Positions 58,939 to 64,000 of a stretch of DNA of 64,000 nt are shown in pieces. Numbering within the stretch: position 1 is the first letter of the stretch; every line of letters starts with the position of its first letter. The stretch comes from a virus. The position numbers and the translations under genes are program-made. The DNA is taken from the IMG/VR virus record IMGVR_UViG_3300045988_182851, positions 39,491 through 103,490 of that record. One strand, given 5' to 3'. The notes beneath the pieces were generated by a model. It saw only the letters and a program-made list of their open reading frames with translations. It made no database searches and was not told the DNA's origin.

Positions 58939-58994
58939 TTAACTACTCGCAACTGACTATTGTCGGATGGAGTTTTCTTGCTATTCTTCGATAA
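58939..58994 (-). repeat. R1 structured repeat, copy 6 (5'UTR of the UvrD helicase)
   Basis: about 20 nt downstream of the promoter motif at 59005-59020. Confidence 0.6.
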
Positions 58995-59055
58995 AATCTT
59001 TTATTTAAAATATGACAGATTTATAGTGGATTTTTCTTACATAAAAAAGAGAAGC

Positions 59056-59799
59056 TTATTGCTCCTCTTTTTCAACTCTTATTTCAACAATCTCACCTTT
59101 GAAATAATCATTAACAAATTCAATATTACCTGAATGTATTACTTTATTATTCAATAATGGAGTATCTACAATGAATTCTATTACAGATCCATTTGGATTC
59201 TGCCTATGCGTCAGTTTATCTGTATGTTCATCAGATTTAGCTTCAGCAAAAATACAGGGAATAATAGTTCCGTTTTCTAAAACCACATCAATTTTTTTAC
59301 CTATAGTCTTTGTATAAAATGAACCTACTGCTATACAATATCTATCATTTACCATTCTAAGACCGGTATTAACATCTGTATAAGCTTCATTATCCTGCAT
59401 ATCAAATTGCTTAGATGTTTTATCTGTAATTGTTCTATAATCCATAAAGGATTTGAAATGGCAATTATCAGGAGTATCATATAATTCATATTCAGATAAA
59501 TAAATATTAGGAATATCGTTTTTATCCGAATCGGATTCTAAATCTGAATTATCTTCATTAACTTCAACTTCTTCAATTGTTTGATAATTAACATCATCAT
59601 CTAATGAATTATCTGATATTTTCTTTTGAATTGTTGTAAAAAAAGCTGATTGATTAGGCTTTATTGTATGGTTTGTAAAATTAGAACATTTTTTGTTTTC
59701 AGCCGCATACACATATGGCTTAAAATTACATAAGCAAATACACAGTGAAAATAAAAATAAACTTAAGGTAATATTGAATTGTTTTAAAATTTTTTTCAT
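59056..59799 (-). CDS. secreted protein (signal peptide); weak 3D-domain-like C-terminus
   Basis: MKKILKQFNITLSLFLFSLCICLC signal; C-terminal ..CIAVGSFY..IDVVLENGTIIPCIFAEAKSDEHTD loosely resembles a 3D (MltA-like) domain. Confidence 0.35.
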   Translation of the reverse strand: MKKILKQFNITLSLFLFSLCICLCNFKPYVYAAENKKCSNFTNHTIKPNQSAFFTTIQKKISDNSLDDDVNYQTIEEVEVNEDNSDLESDSDKNDIPNIYLSEYELYDTPDNCHFKSFMDYRTITDKTSKQFDMQDNEAYTDVNTGLRMVNDRYCIAVGSFYTKTIGKKIDVVLENGTIIPCIFAEAKSDEHTDKLTHRQNPNGSVIEFIVDTPLLNNKVIHSGNIEFVNDYFKGEIVEIRVEKEEQ

Positions 59800-59888
59800 A
59801 ATATTTCTCCATTAATATATTGTTCATTATATATATGACAGAGAAAAAAAGTCTTTATGCGATTAAACACAAAGACTTTTGCAATAGT

Positions 59889-60509
59889 TTATCTGGATAT
59901 ATCTTCTTCCATATTTTTTATATTTAATTGTTTATTTTGTGTCTTTTGAATAGATTTAATAATTTTAATTCTATCATCTGGGGACAAGCTTTGTGACAAT
60001 TCAGCAAGCTTTTTAAAAGAACAATACTCCTGACCGTTAATTATCATAATATCTCCTTTTTCAATATATCCTTCATCCTCTTTTAATAAATCGAATACAT
60101 TACTGTTTATATTTTGTTTTATTTCAGATTTATTATTATTTAAATTATCATCTTTATTAACAGTTTCAGAATCAATTTTATTATTCCATTGTGAACTTAT
60201 ATTGATTTCATCATCATTAATTGTATAGATCACAGTACCTTCATTATCTTCAAATATTACTTTTTCCCAAAATAATCCACAATCAAAATCATTTACTATA
60301 ATATTCAGTTCTTCATCTAAAAATCTTGTGTCGCTATCATATTCATCTGCTGCATCTCCTAAAATTTCAGCTTCTGAACATTCAAAGTATTCTTCATCTT
60401 GAGTTTCAGAATCACTAATATTTATTAAAACAGATTGATTATTTTTAAGTTTTATTTCCATATATTCAGGAATATTCATATAGTTATTTGCATAACATTT
60501 TATTTTCAT
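59889..60509 (-). CDS. hypothetical acidic protein (206 aa)
   Basis: minus-strand ORF. Confidence 0.45.
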   Translation of the reverse strand: MKIKCYANNYMNIPEYMEIKLKNNQSVLINISDSETQDEEYFECSEAEILGDAADEYDSDTRFLDEELNIIVNDFDCGLFWEKVIFEDNEGTVIYTINDDEINISSQWNNKIDSETVNKDDNLNNNKSEIKQNINSNVFDLLKEDEGYIEKGDIMIINGQEYCSFKKLAELSQSLSPDDRIKIIKSIQKTQNKQLNIKNMEEDISR

Positions 60510-60531
60510 ACGGCCTCCTAAAAAATTGGTT

Positions 60532-61851
60532 TTAATGAGTAATAATATTAGATAATGCAGTCATAATTTCTTCATTATTTTCTATTATTTGGTTTTTATC
60601 AAAGCCAATTATATACTGAACATAAAAATTATAAAGTACATCATAACTGATTTTGTAATCTAAAATTGACTTATCATTAATAACAGGGGCAAAATTATAT
60701 TCTATGCATAATTGCAATGACTTTAAATTTGCATATTTACCTTTAATAGCCTTTGAAATATCATTAATCCATAAAACATTATGTCCTACTTCAAATTGAT
60801 TCATACGCAAAGCTGTATATTCAATTTGGAATAATGACTTCTGTTCTTCAGCAGTAAATAATCTTTCAGGCTCAGCATACAATTTTTTAATATTTATAAT
60901 ATTATTTGACATAAATTCAAGAATATTACAAATAATTCCACTACCAGTTATTGCTGTTACATTATCAATAGACGATGCTAAAATAGCGTGTTCCTTTAAT
61001 TTTCCCTCTGGAATATCAATTAAAAGATTATTTGCTACAGAATTCATTTCTTTTGTTAATGTTTTCTTTATCTGTTTAATAATTTTTGCTTCAAAATATG
61101 TCGCTTTTATCATACTAAGTTCCTTAATATGATATTTTTCATATAATTCCACACCTAATATTTTTTGTAAATTATGTTTTGCTTCTATATCAGGGACAAT
61201 AATGGTTTTGTTTTCATCAGTCTTTATATATAAAGAATATCTGAACACAGAAAAAGGGATACTTTTTATTGAACCGTAATTTTTATATATATTTATTCTT
61301 TCATTTAAAAAATTTGTTATATTATTTAATTCATCTTCTGTAAGATTTGATTTTTTCTCATTAACACTATAATGAGCTAAGAAATCTCTTATTGTATTTC
61401 CTCCATAAATTTCAGTGCCGTTATGATTTTTTATAACATTACCGGCATTAATAATTTTGTCAGGAGTCATAAAATAATTTAAATCTAATCCTTTTAATTT
61501 AAATACCAAACCCTTATAAATCATTCCATAAGCTAAATCGGCTAATTCGATAATAGAGCGTGTAGGTAAATTTTCAATATTTAATTTAACAACATCATCA
61601 TATTTAAATAAATTAATGAGTGCATTCTTTTTTGCATTATATCCATTTTGTAAATTATAAATATGTAATGGTGATAATTCTAATATATGCCTGCCGCACA
61701 TATATCCATACATTGTTTTATAAAAAATATCACATTTGTTATAATCATATTTAAATGCTTTTAAAATTTCTTTAGGATATTTCCTATTTGCTCTTTTTTT
61801 TACATTATTGTTTTTATTACTATTTTCCTTAAATTCAACTTTTGTTATCAT
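60532..61851 (-). CDS. hypothetical protein (439 aa)
   Basis: long ORF; promoter motif at 61911-61929. Confidence 0.5.
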   Translation of the reverse strand: MITKVEFKENSNKNNNVKKRANRKYPKEILKAFKYDYNKCDIFYKTMYGYMCGRHILELSPLHIYNLQNGYNAKKNALINLFKYDDVVKLNIENLPTRSIIELADLAYGMIYKGLVFKLKGLDLNYFMTPDKIINAGNVIKNHNGTEIYGGNTIRDFLAHYSVNEKKSNLTEDELNNITNFLNERINIYKNYGSIKSIPFSVFRYSLYIKTDENKTIIVPDIEAKHNLQKILGVELYEKYHIKELSMIKATYFEAKIIKQIKKTLTKEMNSVANNLLIDIPEGKLKEHAILASSIDNVTAITGSGIICNILEFMSNNIINIKKLYAEPERLFTAEEQKSLFQIEYTALRMNQFEVGHNVLWINDISKAIKGKYANLKSLQLCIEYNFAPVINDKSILDYKISYDVLYNFYVQYIIGFDKNQIIENNEEIMTALSNIITH

Positions 61852-61977
61852 ATAAATCCTCCAAAATATATTAATCTTATATTGTTTGATAGAAAATTAA
61901 TTCTATATAATATATATGACAGAACAAAATAAAAAACAGGGCAATATATACCCTGTTTTAAATCATTAATTTACATT

Positions 61978-62346
61978 TTAAATATTCATTTCTAAATATT
62001 TTTCTTGTTCATCATTTAATGCATCATATATTTCCGTAGAAGGAATTACTTCACAATTCATTAAACTATTATGATATGATTTTTCAGAAACATCATGACG
62101 TAAATGATCAATAGGAACTCTTAGATTCCACATTTTTATTGCTTCATCTTTAGTCTTACCCATTCCACCGCTGGCTCCACAGCCTCCTTTTGCGTAATCG
62201 CAAGTAATCTTAAAGCCATTAGTTTTAATAGGGGTAATACTCATTGAGTCCCACTTTCTACAAAATGGACATCTTTTGAGTCCTACCTTTATTGTCTTAT
62301 TTGTCTTATTTATTGCATTTGTTGACACTGTTGCTGTTGTTATCAT
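61978..62346 (-). CDS. Lar-family restriction alleviation protein
   Basis: LKRCPFCRKWDSMSI...ITCDYAKGGCGASGGMGKTKDEAIKMWNLR: zinc ribbon plus EAI..WN.R ending typical of Lar-like proteins. Confidence 0.55.
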   Translation of the reverse strand: MITTATVSTNAINKTNKTIKVGLKRCPFCRKWDSMSITPIKTNGFKITCDYAKGGCGASGGMGKTKDEAIKMWNLRVPIDHLRHDVSEKSYHNSLMNCEVIPSTEIYDALNDEQEKYLEMNI

Positions 62347-62376
62347 TATTGTATTCTCCTTTTTTCTAGTTGTTTT

Positions 62377-62889
62377 TTAAATTGATGAATTCGAAGAAGT
62401 AATTGTATGTTCAATATTTTCAATTCTTATATTATCATCAAATAATTTTTCTATTGGTGATTTATCTTTGTCTGAAATCAGATTATATTTATTAGCAATT
62501 CTTGGCATCATTCTATGTAAATCTTCAAGTTTAAAACTTCCGTAAAAACTCAGAAAATTCTCACGATTCATACTATAATTGCTATTAGAGTTTTTATAAA
62601 ATTGATTTATTTCTCTTCTTAAAGCTTCTTGTATTATACTCGGAAGCTCTGATACACATGTATGACGGTCTACTATACCTGCATCATACCAGTTATACTT
62701 TTCTAAATCAGCCTTAGAAATAATAGTTTTGGATAATAAAAATCCAAATGCAGTTATTCTTTCTGAATTTTCAGATTCATGCTTCTTTATAATGATATCT
62801 TTAGCTTCATTAAAATTTTGAAAAGCTATTGGCTCAATTGAATCCGGGATTTCCTCTATAGTATCCTTTAAAGCATAATATTTATACAT
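62377..62889 (-). CDS. hypothetical protein (170 aa)
   Basis: minus-strand ORF. Confidence 0.45.
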   Translation of the reverse strand: MYKYYALKDTIEEIPDSIEPIAFQNFNEAKDIIIKKHESENSERITAFGFLLSKTIISKADLEKYNWYDAGIVDRHTCVSELPSIIQEALRREINQFYKNSNSNYSMNRENFLSFYGSFKLEDLHRMMPRIANKYNLISDKDKSPIEKLFDDNIRIENIEHTITSSNSSI

Positions 62890-62901
62890 AAATTTACCTC
62901 C

Positions 62902-63117
62902 TTAAGATGCCAGTACAGTTGTATCAATAATATCGATTACTTTTCTTAATCCATCATTATATGTTTTGCTTCCGCAAATAATATTAATAATAGAATCCTG
63001 AGTTCTGTTATCATTTAATACACAAAAATCATCTGCTATTACCATTAATTGTTGTGCATCTGCAATTGGCATTAATATTTTTCTGTCACCTATCATTTTT
63101 TGATATCTCTTCTTCAT
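62902..63117 (-). CDS. hypothetical protein (71 aa)
   Basis: minus-strand ORF. Confidence 0.4.
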   Translation of the reverse strand: MKKRYQKMIGDRKILMPIADAQQLMVIADDFCVLNDNRTQDSIINIICGSKTYNDGLRKVIDIIDTTVLAS

Positions 63118-63230
63118 TTTTTCTCCTTTGGCTTTGTTATTATATATATTGAATGACAGAAATATAAAATAAGATGAAAATTATGATACTGTTTCTTAAA
63201 TTAAAATCTTAAATGCTGTGATTGTTTAAA

Positions 63231-63845
63231 TTAGTGTTTAGAAAACCATTCTATCCATTTACTTGTGTCTTGTAATTCTATGAATTTACTAGAATATTTT
63301 ACGCAATCATAGTGCCCTATTGTGATTAGCGCATAAATAATAAAATTATTTTCATCGTTACTAATTTTGCAATTATAAGATATATTTCTTTTATTCTTTT
63401 CTAAGCAAAAGAATTTATTGTATATTTTTGTTTCATAATTAATTGACTGTAATACAACAACAATAATTTTATTATTTTTTTTGATACACATAAGGTTTTT
63501 ATTAAATAATTTTGATTCATATAATGAATAGACATTTTCTCCATCTCTAATTGTTCTATAGAAATATTTTTTTCGTTCATAATAACTTTCTTCCTGATCA
63601 ATAATATAAAAATCGCTTGATTGAAAATTAAAAATGAATAATCTGTTTTTATCTGAAAATAAATTATAATAATTATTGTTATATGCAAGTGTTCCACTTA
63701 AATCAATTTTGTTATTTTCAGAAAGTCTTGAATTTTGTATTATATGCTTTTTGTTTTCTTGTATGATATTTGGGAATTTTAATTCATATGAATACAGCCT
63801 ATTTTCTTTTTTGGTATTTTCAATACATGGTATATTAATAAACAT
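63231..63845 (-). CDS. hypothetical protein (204 aa)
   Basis: minus-strand ORF; promoter motif at 63889. Confidence 0.45.
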   Translation of the reverse strand: MFINIPCIENTKKENRLYSYELKFPNIIQENKKHIIQNSRLSENNKIDLSGTLAYNNNYYNLFSDKNRLFIFNFQSSDFYIIDQEESYYERKKYFYRTIRDGENVYSLYESKLFNKNLMCIKKNNKIIVVVLQSINYETKIYNKFFCLEKNKRNISYNCKISNDENNFIIYALITIGHYDCVKYSSKFIELQDTSKWIEWFSKH

Positions 63846-64000
63846 AATATCTGTTTAACTCCTTAAATTAAAATCTTAATTAATAAATATATGACAGTTT
63901 AAAAAAATATTTTTCGAAAAACAATATAAAAAACAGCCATCAAATTGATATGATACCTCTTAAGTAGACATGGTAAATAACCAAAATCTATTTAAGGGGT

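Noticed and set aside
8074-58994. R1 as a rho-independent terminator
   Set aside because: In the transcribed (minus) orientation the hairpin is not followed by a U-run. A T-run follows only on the non-transcribed strand, and only in copy 2.
419-63858. Plus-strand ORFs from the six-frame track (419..622, 1012..1215, 3162..3620, 13119..13373, 14062..14409, 21235..21462, 30244..30876, 31315..31590, 32068..32454, 43225..43863, 43993..44358 and others)
   Set aside because: They all lie antisense inside longer, motif-bearing minus-strand genes. They have low-complexity, F/L/I/S-rich translations typical of AT-rich antisense frames, and they lack RBSs. Only tnpB (33843..35192) is a real plus-strand gene.
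1-64000. crAss-like or other Bacteroidetes phage origin suggested by the AT-rich, single-strand gene layout
   Set aside because: Canonical AAGGAG(G) Shine-Dalgarno sequences with 6-8 nt spacing are present before most starts. Bacteroidetes genes generally lack them. No Bacteroidetes-type promoter -7 TAnnTTTG pattern either.
1-64000. tRNA or rRNA genes
   Set aside because: No cloverleaf-like or rRNA-like GC-rich conserved segments could be recognised by eye. The only GC-richer structured segments are the intron core and terminator hairpins. A tRNAscan run would be needed to exclude tRNAs fully.

Overview
This 64 kb window is AT-rich, with almost every gene on the minus strand and short intergenic gaps. 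Many start codons are preceded by strong AAGGAG-type Shine-Dalgarno sites. The content points to a large virulent bacteriophage of a low-GC Firmicutes or Fusobacterium-type host, not a Bacteroidetes phage. Small hypothetical early-type genes fill the first 10 kb. They are followed by a replication and recombination block: a sigma-70 family factor, a Pol III alpha (DnaE) gene, a 5'-3' flap exonuclease, a dNMP kinase, a beta-class DNA methyltransferase, two UvrD-like helicases (one fused to an N-terminal Fe-S nuclease-like domain), a primase zinc-finger protein, bacterial-type RecA, a RuvC-like resolvase, a RecJ-like DHH exonuclease and a Lar-like anti-restriction protein. Standard genetic code; no CRISPR, rRNA or tRNA was recognised by eye. 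Several features are not explained by the gene list. (1) A 10-14 nt motif, TATATGACAGAAAA on the plus strand (CTGTCATATA in gene orientation), sits about 25-45 nt before the ribosome-binding site of more than 35 genes, usually right after a terminator hairpin and often 13-17 nt after a TTATGTAAAA element. This is probably the phage's own promoter class. (2) A roughly 55 nt structured repeat (R1) occurs six times, in 5'UTRs, between genes, and twice as what look like stand-alone promoter-R1-terminator units. (3) DnaE is interrupted by a ~940 nt group-I-like intron carrying an HNH homing endonuclease exactly at the catalytic PDIDID motif. In addition, the gene is divided into two independently translated cistrons 5.7 kb apart, with ten genes between them and no inteins. 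(4) An IS200/IS605-type TnpB element lies on the opposite strand behind a duplicated phage terminator-promoter cassette (R2). A ~120 bp internal-deletion mini copy and a 3' remnant resembling an orphan omega-RNA are also present. (5) A 1.3 kb non-coding region carries six TAACAATATATAG iterons flanked by inverted repeats, a candidate origin. (6) A CPBP-family membrane protease, a small protein and the sigma factor form one operon. A second CPBP protease lies in an operon with the methyltransferase. Other observations include a flotillin/SPFH gene, a Pol-beta nucleotidyltransferase, tandem and dispersed paralog pairs, and three AAAAGTAGGATG repeats.
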